Assembly: GCA_965209055.1 (NCBI GenBank)
Contig: OZ242374.1
Coordinates: 3,424,001 to 3,488,000 of the forward strand
Source of the DNA: Acidobacteriota bacterium
Lineage (GTDB): Bacteria > Acidobacteriota > UBA6911 > RPQK01 > JAJDTT01
DNA: 64,000 nt
Direction of reading: 5' to 3'
The notes under the pieces are model-generated. The model did not search any database. It was not told the origin of the DNA and worked only from the letters and a program-made list of their open reading frames with translations. How positions within the stretch are numbered: the first letter of the stretch is position 1; the number at the start of each line of letters is the position of its first letter. The translations under genes were made by a program, and so were the position numbers. Of this stretch, positions 38,901 to 47,004 are shown in pieces.

Positions 38901-39396
38901 TTTCAATGGAGGGAATCTTTTCACCAAATATTTTCTCAGCGGTTGGACCCTCGGCTTTCAGCACAACTACTTTTCCGGGACGCCGATCAATGTCAGAAGC
39001 CGGGTCAGGTATCCGGGAGGCTTCGGAGCCATCTGGCCGGTTCTGGTTCTGAATGCGCAGGTCAAGACCAACACCATCTGCGGGGAATACAGTCCTGGCG
39101 GGAAGTTCCTGAACGTCAACGCGTTCATGAATGCTGCTCCTTGGACTTTGGGGAACGTCCGATCGTTGCCCAGGGATCGGCAGTGCAGTTATTTCAATGA
39201 GAACGCGACTCTCCAGAAGGACACTCACGTCAATGAGGACGTGAGGGTTCGCCTGGGGGTTGATTTCTTCAACGTGTTCAACCGCCACATCTGGGGCGGC
39301 CTGAACACCGACACCGGAAACGCGGCGGGATTCGGCCGGTTCGGCTCCACGTCACGTCCCCGGTTCATCCAGTTGCATCTCTCGGTCCACTTCTGA
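35965..39396 (+). CDS. TonB-dependent receptor, tandem paralog of 32137..35607
   Basis: Same motifs; shares long identical blocks (ATLPTIEKQSNKAGYARVNEEIARLP; ASAAYMYFP.FGAMTSGFNTP; LSVHF). Confidence 0.93.
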   Translation: MSRLLSLSLILVLTCIPLLAQENVGTVTGAVRDESGGVVPGAEVSITNVATGIVTDTITSDAGIYAFNSVAIGEYRLTTTMPGFRTLEQSGIRVVSGEVLTADVTLSVGDVAETVEVMATLPTIEKQSNKAGYARVNEEIARLPIAISNNNRQALSFLRTMPGVSYNPNNTNENDAMSRAFIHGTPNASPSYTIDGVRAGSSTHQNARDDTAPIPEMVQEFRLDTNTNAEHGWDSGVAITLIFKSGTNDLHGDLFWYFRNDILDARPWLAPRKSVTRQNDYGFVLGGPIWKNRMFFFGGFDGYKLRTAPGDGVRTVPTAAMRSGDFSEILGPEIGTDALGRPIHRGAIYDPMTTRSDGQGGFIRDPFPNNMIPADRFSTVTKNLISRIGLPNRPGVTNNWIGGLTSTPVNKTSYYLKVDHQLDEAGDHRLTVGWEQSWRESRSNYAPVFDESISSLHKNDEVQYRYRFNYHYTIRPNVLFNLRTGVTRTPRVIGTQGLANDNTGAEVGIKGVPGPIAPQVGVQGQSAYGPIFQKLIDPSQTVPANMDVTWVKGSHNFKVGAAYLLSVSKQNLALFDQGSFSFSALETGLPGNANTGFGFASKLLGEVDSAFVWSQRDFRHNGGAWGIYFQDSWRATPKLTVNYGLRNDVFVPLGETYDRIGAFDPTIPNPGAGGLPGALSFWGDGPGRNGYKRIADTLWSQWGPRLGFAYSPDDNTVVRASAAYMYFPLFGAMTSGFNTPFMGWALDPSVRSLDGGLTPAFNWDGGYPDPIPALPVLEPDFANGQAAQALNRDDIKAGRTLTLNAGLERDLGGGLAIRANYHGKFNHNLPSNDSVRLNQLSVGNLSLGSLLQAQIGSPQAEAAGISAPYPGFSGPVAQALRPFPHMLDIQQRAAPVNNLTYHALVLSVQKRYGHGLSFMLNHTISKAIGDVNFSQQGHGFTRAQHTSQRGLRFVYEEDRPQNLSLSWLYELPFGPGKAFFNGGNLFTKYFLSGWTLGFQHNYFSGTPINVRSRVRYPGGFGAIWPVLVLNAQVKTNTICGEYSPGGKFLNVNAFMNAAPWTLGNVRSLPRDRQCSYFNENATLQKDTHVNEDVRVRLGVDFFNVFNRHIWGGLNTDTGNAAGFGRFGSTSRPRFIQLHLSVHF

Positions 39397-39423
39397 TTCA
39401 CAACACCAAAGGTGGATAATAAG

Positions 39424-39453
39424 AAGGGCCGGCACATCGTGCCGGCCCTTTTT
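39424..39453 (+). terminator. Intrinsic terminator
   Basis: AAGGGCCGGCAC-ATC-GTGCCGGCCCTT followed by TTT. Confidence 0.8.
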
Positions 39454-39458
39454 CGTGT

Positions 39459-39514
39459 GGAGGGGCGACTTTCCTGTCGCCCATTGGCAGGGGGGGACAT
39501 TGCTGTCCCCCCTC
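39459..39514. repeat. REP-like palindrome doublet
   Basis: GGAGGGGCGACTTTCCTGTCGCCC ... GGGGGGACATTGCTGTCCCCCCTC. Confidence 0.65.
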
Positions 39515-39585
39515 TTCTCTTGCGGAGAGGGGAGATTTCCATCCCCGAACTCCCATTTCCCGTATTACCCGGAGATCAGTGGGCT

Positions 39586-39885
39586 TCAGTCAGACTCAGA
39601 TCTTCCCGGTTCGACCTTGGGAGCCTGATCTGTCAGCGAGGTCAGTATGAACGGCGCGGAAGCACCGATGTTGAATGCCAGGATCGGATTGGATTCAATT
39701 CCGTACAGCAAAACCAAGAGCCCGCCGGCTGCCGCCATAATGATGGTGACGATCCAATAGAGCCAACTCTTCGCCCAGGCAGGGACACCCCTGTGGAGTT
39801 CCCTGCGGGTGCGGAACCATTGGAGCAGCTCTTACATACAGCCGCCCCAAAAGCCCCCCACGATCATTGGGCAGGAGGCGTCCAT
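39586..39885 (-). pseudogene. ~99-codon membrane protein gene with in-frame TAA at codon 18
   Basis: Manual translation: MDASCPMIVGGFWGGCM*ELLQWFRTRRELHRGVPAWAKSWLYWIVTIIMAAAGGLLVLLYGIESNPILAFNIGASAPFILTSLTDQAPKVEPGRSESD*; starts 8 nt after the upstream gene's stop. Confidence 0.65.
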
Positions 39886-39893
39886 GGCAGCGG

Positions 39894-40151
39894 CTAGAAT
39901 GATTTCGCGACGATCCTCTGCAATTTGGAGAGGAACTCCCGCAGTCGAACTGGCCGGGACCCGTGTGTGTATACGATTTTCCCGTCCTTCGAAATGGCTT
40001 GGCGTACTTCGGCTCGATGTTGGTCAATCAGGCGTGCCACGCGCCTTCGATCCAGTCCGGCTTCCTTGGCAATGCCATCGACTGTCCTGAAGTCCCACGT
40101 CGGGTTCAAGAGCGCGGAACGCACCTTTTCCCAGTCACCCTCTGTGATCAT
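39894..40151 (-). CDS. Small winged-HTH-like hypothetical protein
   Basis: AL.NP.WDFRTVDGIAKEAGL....V..LI followed by a beta-hairpin (SKDGKIVYT). Confidence 0.65.
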   Translation of the reverse strand: MITEGDWEKVRSALLNPTWDFRTVDGIAKEAGLDRRRVARLIDQHRAEVRQAISKDGKIVYTHGSRPVRLREFLSKLQRIVAKSF

Positions 40152-40299
40152 GATGCCACTTCCGTTCCCACGGTTTCACCTGCTCGTATACTCCTGAACG
40201 CTCCGGCGGCACGAAATGTGATCCTGATGGTCGACCACAAATGATCTTCCCGGTAGCCGTCTTGTTCGCTTGCTCTTTTTTTACTTTTTCCCCACTCCC

Positions 40300-41757
40300 T
40301 TATTCTTGAACTGCAAACAAGGTATTCCGATTCGTGATGTAGAGCACTCCGTTGGCGGCGACCGCCGTCGTGTAGACCGAATCTCCCATCTCGTTGACGG
40401 CCAGCTCCTTCATCGTGGCGCCGTGCTCCAGCACCACCACGTCGCCGTCCTCGTCTCCCAGGTAGACCTTGCCGTCCACCAGGTAGGGAGACCCCCAGAC
40501 CGCGGCCAGCATGTCGTAGCGCCAGTGCCGTTTTCCGGTGGCGAGATCCAGGCAGTACAGAAACCCCGTCAGATCAGCCGCATAGAGGAGGCCGTCTCCG
40601 ATGGCGACGGTGGACATGCTGCGGCGAAAGTCCTCCCCACCCACGTGCCAGATCCGCCCCTTCTCGGTGATGTCGCCGGTCTGGGTCGCGTCGATGGAAA
40701 AAAGGTGACCGGGACCCTCGCCGTGCTCGGGGTCCTGCCCCACGCTGAGCAGGACCTTGTCCTGGTAGAGGACGGGCGTGGAGATGATGTTGTTCCGGGT
40801 GCCACGCCCGCCCAGCTTCCACTCGGAGGCCTTGGGATTGAGATCAAACTTCCAGATCAGTTCTCCGCTCTGCGGCTCATAGGCGTAGCACCAGCCGTCG
40901 CCCCCGGCAAAAATCGCTTGGGGCCGGCCGTTGACCAGTCCGTATGTGGGTGACGACCATTGTCCGTGCAAGGTGTTTTCACCCGGGTCGCTCCGCTCCC
41001 AGACCAATTCGCCGGTCTTCTTGTGCACGGCGATGAACGCGGGCGCGTCGGGCATGGGGAGGTCCAGGTGTCCCTCGTCCACGCCATTGGAGGTGAGCAG
41101 GAAAATCAGGTCGCCGGCTCCCACCGGGGAGGAGGTGGCCAGGTTGTGCGGGAACACACCCAGTTCCTCGATCATGTCGTAGACCCAGACGATGTCCGCG
41201 TCTTCCTTCTCCCGGTACTTCTCGTCCTGGAACGGACCGTCGTTCTCCCCGTCCAGGAACCCTTCCACGTCGACGCAGACCAATTCGGCCCGGTTGCTGA
41301 CGTAGTAGATCCGGTCCCCATCCACGAACGGAGAAGAACAGATCCCCTGTTCCGGCCAGTCGTTGACCCGGCCCGTGGGGAGCTTGTCGTGGGTGGCCTG
41401 CCACATGATCTTCCCGGTGGCTTCCTCCATACAGACGATCACTCCCTTGTCGCCCGTGATTCCGGGCCGGTGATGCGCCTCGTTGTTGGTGCCGATGAAG
41501 ATCCGTCCGTCGGAGATCACGGGATTGCCGTAGGTCTGAGACCCCAGCGGTGTCTTCCAGCGGATGTTCTTGCCGCTGGAGACGTCCCACTGGTGAGGCA
41601 TCCCCTTCTCATCCGAGACCATGTTCCGGTCCGGAGTCCCGCCCCACATCTTCCAGTCTCCCGCGTAGACCGGATGAAGACCCGTTGCCGCAAGCAGTGT
41701 TGCTCCCAACAGAATGAACGAAACACGCACGATCCCGGCTCGATTCCTAGTCATCAT
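40300..41757 (-). CDS. PQQ-binding-like beta-propeller protein
   Basis: DW.MWGG..DRNMVS, W...LGSQTYGNPV, G.CSSP, HGQWSSP, repeated TG...W units. Confidence 0.88.
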   Translation of the reverse strand: MMTRNRAGIVRVSFILLGATLLAATGLHPVYAGDWKMWGGTPDRNMVSDEKGMPHQWDVSSGKNIRWKTPLGSQTYGNPVISDGRIFIGTNNEAHHRPGITGDKGVIVCMEEATGKIMWQATHDKLPTGRVNDWPEQGICSSPFVDGDRIYYVSNRAELVCVDVEGFLDGENDGPFQDEKYREKEDADIVWVYDMIEELGVFPHNLATSSPVGAGDLIFLLTSNGVDEGHLDLPMPDAPAFIAVHKKTGELVWERSDPGENTLHGQWSSPTYGLVNGRPQAIFAGGDGWCYAYEPQSGELIWKFDLNPKASEWKLGGRGTRNNIISTPVLYQDKVLLSVGQDPEHGEGPGHLFSIDATQTGDITEKGRIWHVGGEDFRRSMSTVAIGDGLLYAADLTGFLYCLDLATGKRHWRYDMLAAVWGSPYLVDGKVYLGDEDGDVVVLEHGATMKELAVNEMGDSVYTTAVAANGVLYITNRNTLFAVQE

Positions 41758-43975
41758 TCTTCACCACCTTGAAGTTATCGAAGAGAATCTCGGGACCGTC
41801 ACTCTTGGATGTGGTGCCGACGGAGTAGCCGTAAAGCCCGGCGCTCCCCTCCCGATTCGGATGCGGGTCCAGAACCTCGATGCTCCATGCCTCGGGCTCC
41901 GGTTCCTGCCGGGGCCACACCTTGGCTCGCACCTGGGCCTGTCCATCCTCCAGCAACACCGAGAACTTGGCTCGATACCAGACGTCCGGATCCCAGGGGA
42001 AGGCCACGTCGTGCCTCAGGCGAGGCAGCGGCGACCAGGTCTCGATCCGAAGCCTCTTCCTCATTCCCATCATGATGAAGCGGTAGCGGCTGTTGATGAG
42101 GCCCATGTCCGGCTTGAAACGCTTGCGGGCCAACTTGCCGAGGAGGTCCGCCTCCACCGTATATCCTCCCGGGATGGGGGGAGTGGCATAGGCTCGAAGC
42201 CTCATGAAGGGCGGGGAAGGCCGGGCCTTGGAGGCCAGCTTCTTGAGCGCCTTGCCTTCCGCCTCGACGACTTGAGTCTTGGAGGCCACGCCCACCCAGC
42301 CGGGCGGCACGGAGCCGGCCGCCAGCGACTCGAAGTCCTCGTTGATCGGCAGGTCGGGCGCGATCCGGATCCGTGCGGCGGCGCTCAGTCCACTCGAACC
42401 CGTGGCGGTCACCAGCCCCCCTGAGAATGCCTGCCGGTTCGAGGCAGTGAATGTCCCGTCCGGCACGATGGCTCCGGACACGCCCTTCACCGACCACTTG
42501 ACGCTGGCCGGCGACGGAGCCGAGCCGACCGAGTCGAATTGGAGTGCTTGCAGGCGGATCTGCTCGCCGGGCCTCAGAGTCGCTTCCGCCGGCACGACCC
42601 GAAGACTGTTCTTGGATCCCGGTTCGGGGCGCGCCGTCTCGGGCGGAGCCGGAGGCGCCTCCAGAGTTGCTACTTGCCGGCCCGATGTCCCCAGACAGTA
42701 GATGCCGTATCGGGTCATGAAGTAGACGCGTCCGCCGACCACGGCCGGAGAGCCGAAGATCTCGTCCACGGTGCCGTCCGGCCTCTCGAACACCTCCTTG
42801 TCCAGGGAGACGCATCGGTTCCCCTCGTCGCGGAGGATGTGGAAGATGCCGTTCTGTTCTCCCACGTAGATCACGCCGTCGCTGGTCACCACCGGTGAGC
42901 CCTTGCCGACCCGGCCCATGTTGTATTCCCAATGGATCTCGCCGCTGGCGGCGTCCATGCAGAAGAGGTTCGCGCTGTTGTCCACGGCGTAGAGCCGGCC
43001 GTTGGCGATGGCAGGCGAGGCATACCCGAAGGTGTGACCGTCATGCCGCCAGACGACGCCGCTATCGGTGATGTCCCCCGTTCCGGTTCCGTCAATGCAG
43101 ACGATGCTCCCCATCCTGGAGGTGTGCAGGTTCTCTTCGCTGTGAGACAGGTAGGCCCGGTCTCCGTCCACCACGACGGATGCGTTGAGGCCCCGTTTGC
43201 TGAGACGGAACGTCCACCGCTTTTCTCCGTTGCGGGCCAGCATGCCATAGGCGTTTCCGTCGGCCGTCGCCGCCACCAGCATCCGCCGACCGCCCATCAC
43301 GGCCGTCACGGGGGTGGAGTAGGTCGTGTCCAAAGGCTGTCCCCCCGGCGCCGCCCACCACTGGATGTCCCCACTCTTTCTGTGGAAGGCCACGTATCGA
43401 TGAAGCGGCCGCGCCAAATTCCCCCAACTCGAGTTGAGGTAGCTCACCACGACCCGGTCTTCGTCCAGGATCGGAGTGTGCAGGCGCCCCCCGTAACCGC
43501 TGATCCGGCCCAGCTCCTCCGTCATGGAGATCTTCCAGACTTCGTCGCCGTCGCGGTTGAGGCAGAAGAACTCTCCCCCGGTGGCGTGCGCATAGATCCG
43601 GCCCGATTCGGGGTCGCCCACCAGGGCGGTCCACCCCACCCGGTTCTCCACGATGTCGGTATGGAAGACGTTGAACCGTTTCTCCCAGAGTTTGCGGCCG
43701 GTAAGGGCGTCGAGCGCCACGATCCGCTCCGCCCGCTCAGGTCCTTCTCCCACCGGCAGGATGGCGAAAAGTCGACCGTCCATGATGATGGGCGTGGTCC
43801 GGCCGCCCTCGTCGAACTTCCAGAGAAGACCCTCTCCACCCTGATCCCAGGTGGTGACGGCGGCCTTTTCCGGGGCCGCTCCGTTCTGGTTCGGCCCGCG
43901 CCAATAGGGCCAGTCTGCGGCCACGGCCGGGTGGATGGTGATCCAAGCGAGGGAAACGACTCCAAGAATTCTCAA
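41747..43975 (-). CDS. PQQ-binding-like beta-propeller protein with C-terminal beta-sandwich
   Basis: ADWPYWRGP..NG, TP, ALDA.TG...W, YSTP, YASP, GSP repeats. Confidence 0.88.
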   Translation of the reverse strand: MRILGVVSLAWITIHPAVAADWPYWRGPNQNGAAPEKAAVTTWDQGGEGLLWKFDEGGRTTPIIMDGRLFAILPVGEGPERAERIVALDALTGRKLWEKRFNVFHTDIVENRVGWTALVGDPESGRIYAHATGGEFFCLNRDGDEVWKISMTEELGRISGYGGRLHTPILDEDRVVVSYLNSSWGNLARPLHRYVAFHRKSGDIQWWAAPGGQPLDTTYSTPVTAVMGGRRMLVAATADGNAYGMLARNGEKRWTFRLSKRGLNASVVVDGDRAYLSHSEENLHTSRMGSIVCIDGTGTGDITDSGVVWRHDGHTFGYASPAIANGRLYAVDNSANLFCMDAASGEIHWEYNMGRVGKGSPVVTSDGVIYVGEQNGIFHILRDEGNRCVSLDKEVFERPDGTVDEIFGSPAVVGGRVYFMTRYGIYCLGTSGRQVATLEAPPAPPETARPEPGSKNSLRVVPAEATLRPGEQIRLQALQFDSVGSAPSPASVKWSVKGVSGAIVPDGTFTASNRQAFSGGLVTATGSSGLSAAARIRIAPDLPINEDFESLAAGSVPPGWVGVASKTQVVEAEGKALKKLASKARPSPPFMRLRAYATPPIPGGYTVEADLLGKLARKRFKPDMGLINSRYRFIMMGMRKRLRIETWSPLPRLRHDVAFPWDPDVWYRAKFSVLLEDGQAQVRAKVWPRQEPEPEAWSIEVLDPHPNREGSAGLYGYSVGTTSKSDGPEILFDNFKVVKNDD

Positions 43976-44072
43976 ACCCGACCTCCTGCGATGAAACGGT
44001 TCATTTGACGCTCATTATCAACGGAAAGGGAGATGTCTTCAAAACCCATACCTGCCATTTGCCGGGAAGCCG

Positions 44073-45926
44073 TCACCGGACGAGGAGGGGGAGCGTGACG
44101 TGTGACGGCCGGCTCCGGTCATGGAATACCGTGTTGCGGGCGATGGTCCAACTCCGTTCCCGGCCCAGCGGCTCCCCCGTGTTGGGGTTGACGTCGAACC
44201 GTGGGAAGTTGCTGGAAGAGACGTCCAGGCGAATCCGGTGTCCCTTCCGGAACACGTTGGCCGTGGGGTAGAGGACGATTGTGATGGACGCCACCTCTCC
44301 CGGCTCCAGGCGCCGGGCCGTGCCGCCGCCCTCCCGGTATCGGATCCTGACGATGCTGTCACTCAGGTTCAATGCATAGCCCAGCGGGTAGTCCGGGCCG
44401 GGCGGGTAGACGTCGATGAGCTTGGCGGTGAAGTCCGTGTCCCGCGCGGAGGAGGAGACCCAGAGTTCGACTTCTATTGGACCCGCGATCTCCAGATCCT
44501 CCTCCAGCGGAGAGGTCTCGAACACCAGTACGTCGGGACGGGAGCCCAGGGGCAGATAGGGCGGCGTGCATCCGAAGAAGTCCGGGCCCTCGGTCTGGTC
44601 GAATCCCCCGGCCGGGGTCACGGTCTCCACCATGGTCGGCGTGGGGACCGATTCCGGCCGGACCCCGTCGGGCCAGGGATGGACGTAGCTCAGAGAGGAG
44701 AAATTCCCGCCAATGGTGGGGACCGGACGCCGCGGATCGTAGGAATAGCTGGTGGAGGACTCCTTCCGTTCCGAAGGCTCGGGCGACAGGGTCCGGTCCG
44801 GGTGGAGATAGTAGGGCGTGGGCGCCGCCAGCGGCAGCGGCCAGCCGTCTCCCTCGCGCCAGTGCCCGCCGTGATCCAGATTCCCCAGGCGTGTCCTGCG
44901 CCCGCTGCCGCCCCCCATGAGGAACCAACGGACGGCCGGCATGCGGGCCGCAGCCGTCTCCCGGCCCTTGAGCCACTGGTCGAACCAGTCCAGGTGGAGG
45001 CGGTCCAGACTCTCCAGAGGAGCCTCGGGCCCCAGATCAACGTCACCGGAGATCTGCTCTTCGGTGGTGTAGGTGCCGTGCACCCAGGGACCCATGACCA
45101 CCTTCACCGGTCCCTTCTTGGCTCGCCTCAGGGCCTGGAAGGCCTCCAGCGTGGCGCGGGTGTAGGAGTCGTACCACCCTCCGATCAGGAGGATGGGGAC
45201 GTCCGAGTGCTGCTCCAGAAACTCCTCGATGGCGAATCCGGGTTGTTTCCAGAACTCGTCGTAGTCCCCGCGCCGGACCAGTTCCAGCGCCCAGCGCTCG
45301 TATCCCGGGAGCAAAGCAAGCTGGCTCTGTCCCCTTCGCAGCGGCAGCCGCCGGAGCCAATGCCGAAAATCGGGACCCGACGCCAACCCCTCCTGCACCC
45401 AGGGTTGAGCCCTGGTTGCGGCGTTCCCGTGATTGACGGAGTGCCAGAAGGCCCAGGCCAGAAAGCGGAGCTCGTAGGCGCCGCCCTGGCGAACCGAGCT
45501 GGTGTAGGCGTTCCAGCCACCCATGGTGGGGATCATGCAGGCCAGATGAGGGGGGGTCTGCGTGGCCAGGGTGCTCTGGGTCCAGGCCACGTAGGAGGTG
45601 CCGTACGTTCCCACTTTTCCGTCGCACCACTCCTGACGGGCGGTCCACTCCACGGCGTCGTAGCCGTCGAAAGGTTCGTTGACCAGAAAGACCAGGTCTC
45701 CCTCGGAGGAATGGCAGCCCCGGCAGTCCTGGACCACGACGGCATAGCCATGCTCGGCGTATCGCTCGGCCCGCCGCATCCGCTCCAGGTCCTGCTTGCC
45801 GTAGGGGGTCCGTTCCAGGAGCGCCGGCAGGGGCCCCGGGACATCGGCGGGGCGGTAGACGTCGGCTCCCAGGCGGACTCCGTCCCGCATCGTGACCGTG
45901 ACGTTTCGTTCGATCCTCAGGGCCAT
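44073..45926 (-). CDS. CocE/NonD family serine hydrolase
   Basis: MRDGVRL.ADVYRP, RTPY, QDCRG...SEG, GTSY (G-x-S-Y nucleophile), GGWYD, GPWVH, DTDFTAKLIDVYP, SSSNFPRFD.NPNTG. Confidence 0.93.
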   Translation of the reverse strand: MALRIERNVTVTMRDGVRLGADVYRPADVPGPLPALLERTPYGKQDLERMRRAERYAEHGYAVVVQDCRGCHSSEGDLVFLVNEPFDGYDAVEWTARQEWCDGKVGTYGTSYVAWTQSTLATQTPPHLACMIPTMGGWNAYTSSVRQGGAYELRFLAWAFWHSVNHGNAATRAQPWVQEGLASGPDFRHWLRRLPLRRGQSQLALLPGYERWALELVRRGDYDEFWKQPGFAIEEFLEQHSDVPILLIGGWYDSYTRATLEAFQALRRAKKGPVKVVMGPWVHGTYTTEEQISGDVDLGPEAPLESLDRLHLDWFDQWLKGRETAAARMPAVRWFLMGGGSGRRTRLGNLDHGGHWREGDGWPLPLAAPTPYYLHPDRTLSPEPSERKESSTSYSYDPRRPVPTIGGNFSSLSYVHPWPDGVRPESVPTPTMVETVTPAGGFDQTEGPDFFGCTPPYLPLGSRPDVLVFETSPLEEDLEIAGPIEVELWVSSSARDTDFTAKLIDVYPPGPDYPLGYALNLSDSIVRIRYREGGGTARRLEPGEVASITIVLYPTANVFRKGHRIRLDVSSSNFPRFDVNPNTGEPLGRERSWTIARNTVFHDRSRPSHVTLPLLVR

Positions 45927-45935
45927 GGGCGGACC

Positions 45936-46973
45936 TCAATCCAGGAGCCGGTCCAGTTCCACCATGGGGATGGATCGGGAGCTGACGGCCCGCTCCACCG
46001 ATCCCAGGTCCTTGAAACCGTGCCCCGTCACGATGCAGACGGTCCGGCTCGAAGCGGACACCGATCCTTCTGAACGGGCCTTCAGATAACCGGCGTAAGC
46101 GGTGGCTCCGGCAGGCTCGCAGTAGACGCCCCGGCTGAACAGCGTCTCCTGGGCGCGGAAGACTTCCTGGTCGCTCACGGACTGCCCGCTGCCGCCCGTC
46201 TCCAGGACGACGTCCAGGGCCAGTTGAGCGTCGATGACATTGGGGACCTGAAGACCCGAGATGACCGACGTGCACTCCACCTCCACCGCTTGGGTTTCCC
46301 CCCGGTCCAGCGGTCCGGTGACGGTGGCGCAGCCTCGGGGCTGGACGGCGTGAATCCGGGGCGCCCGGGAGATCCGCCCGTCGCGGAAATAGTCGTCGAA
46401 CCCTCGGGCAATGGCCGTCAACAGGCCCCCGCCCCCGATGGGTACGAAGACGTCGTCAACCTCGTCCAAGTCGTCGGCGATCTCGTAGCCGATGGTCTTG
46501 ACCCCGTCCATCCCCTCGGGGCTGAAGGTGAAGGCGGAGATCTGGAGTGCGGCGCTTCTGGCCGGCGCCTCCCGCTGCAACCGTTCCATCACGTCGCGGC
46601 TGGCCGCCGGATCCAATCCGAAACCCCGGACCCGCTTCAGGACCGCCCCGTACGCCAGCATCTGAACCGCCTTCCCGGCCGGAGTGGTCTCCACCAGAAA
46701 AATGTGGCAGGGGATGCCGGCTCGGGCGCAGTAGGCAGCCAGGGCGGAACCGGTGTTGCCCGAGGAGGTGGCCAGACAGGAGCTCAGCCCCTGCTGTCTC
46801 ATCCAGGAGACGGCAGAACTGGCGAACCGGTCCTTGTAGGAGCCGGAGGGGTTGAGCTGCTCCATCTTCAGGAAGGGTCCGCCGTTCAGCTTGACCAGGG
46901 GCGTGGAGCCTTCACCCAGGGTGAGGATGTGCCGGGTATCGCGGACCGGAAGGTATCGGCGGTATTTCCACAT
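45936..46973 (-). CDS. Threonine synthase-like PLP-dependent enzyme (fold type II)
   Basis: TLGEG.TPL, K.E.LNPSGSYKDR, SSGNTG, G.KT..YEI, P.GGGGLL, EPAGA, TGHGFKD. Confidence 0.85.
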   Translation of the reverse strand: MWKYRRYLPVRDTRHILTLGEGSTPLVKLNGGPFLKMEQLNPSGSYKDRFASSAVSWMRQQGLSSCLATSSGNTGSALAAYCARAGIPCHIFLVETTPAGKAVQMLAYGAVLKRVRGFGLDPAASRDVMERLQREAPARSAALQISAFTFSPEGMDGVKTIGYEIADDLDEVDDVFVPIGGGGLLTAIARGFDDYFRDGRISRAPRIHAVQPRGCATVTGPLDRGETQAVEVECTSVISGLQVPNVIDAQLALDVVLETGGSGQSVSDQEVFRAQETLFSRGVYCEPAGATAYAGYLKARSEGSVSASSRTVCIVTGHGFKDLGSVERAVSSRSIPMVELDRLLD

Positions 46974-47004
46974 GTTCTGTTTGTTGGCTGGCGCGGAACC
47001 GGGT

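Noticed and set aside
32137-39396. TBDR pair as a diversity-generating retroelement or inversion cassette
   Set aside because: No reverse transcriptase or recombinase, and the differences are spread over synonymous sites rather than adenine-specific; ordinary paralogy.
39832-39834. Recoded stop (selenocysteine/pyrrolysine) in the small membrane gene
   Set aside because: The codon is TAA, not TGA or TAG, and TAA terminates other genes in this window.
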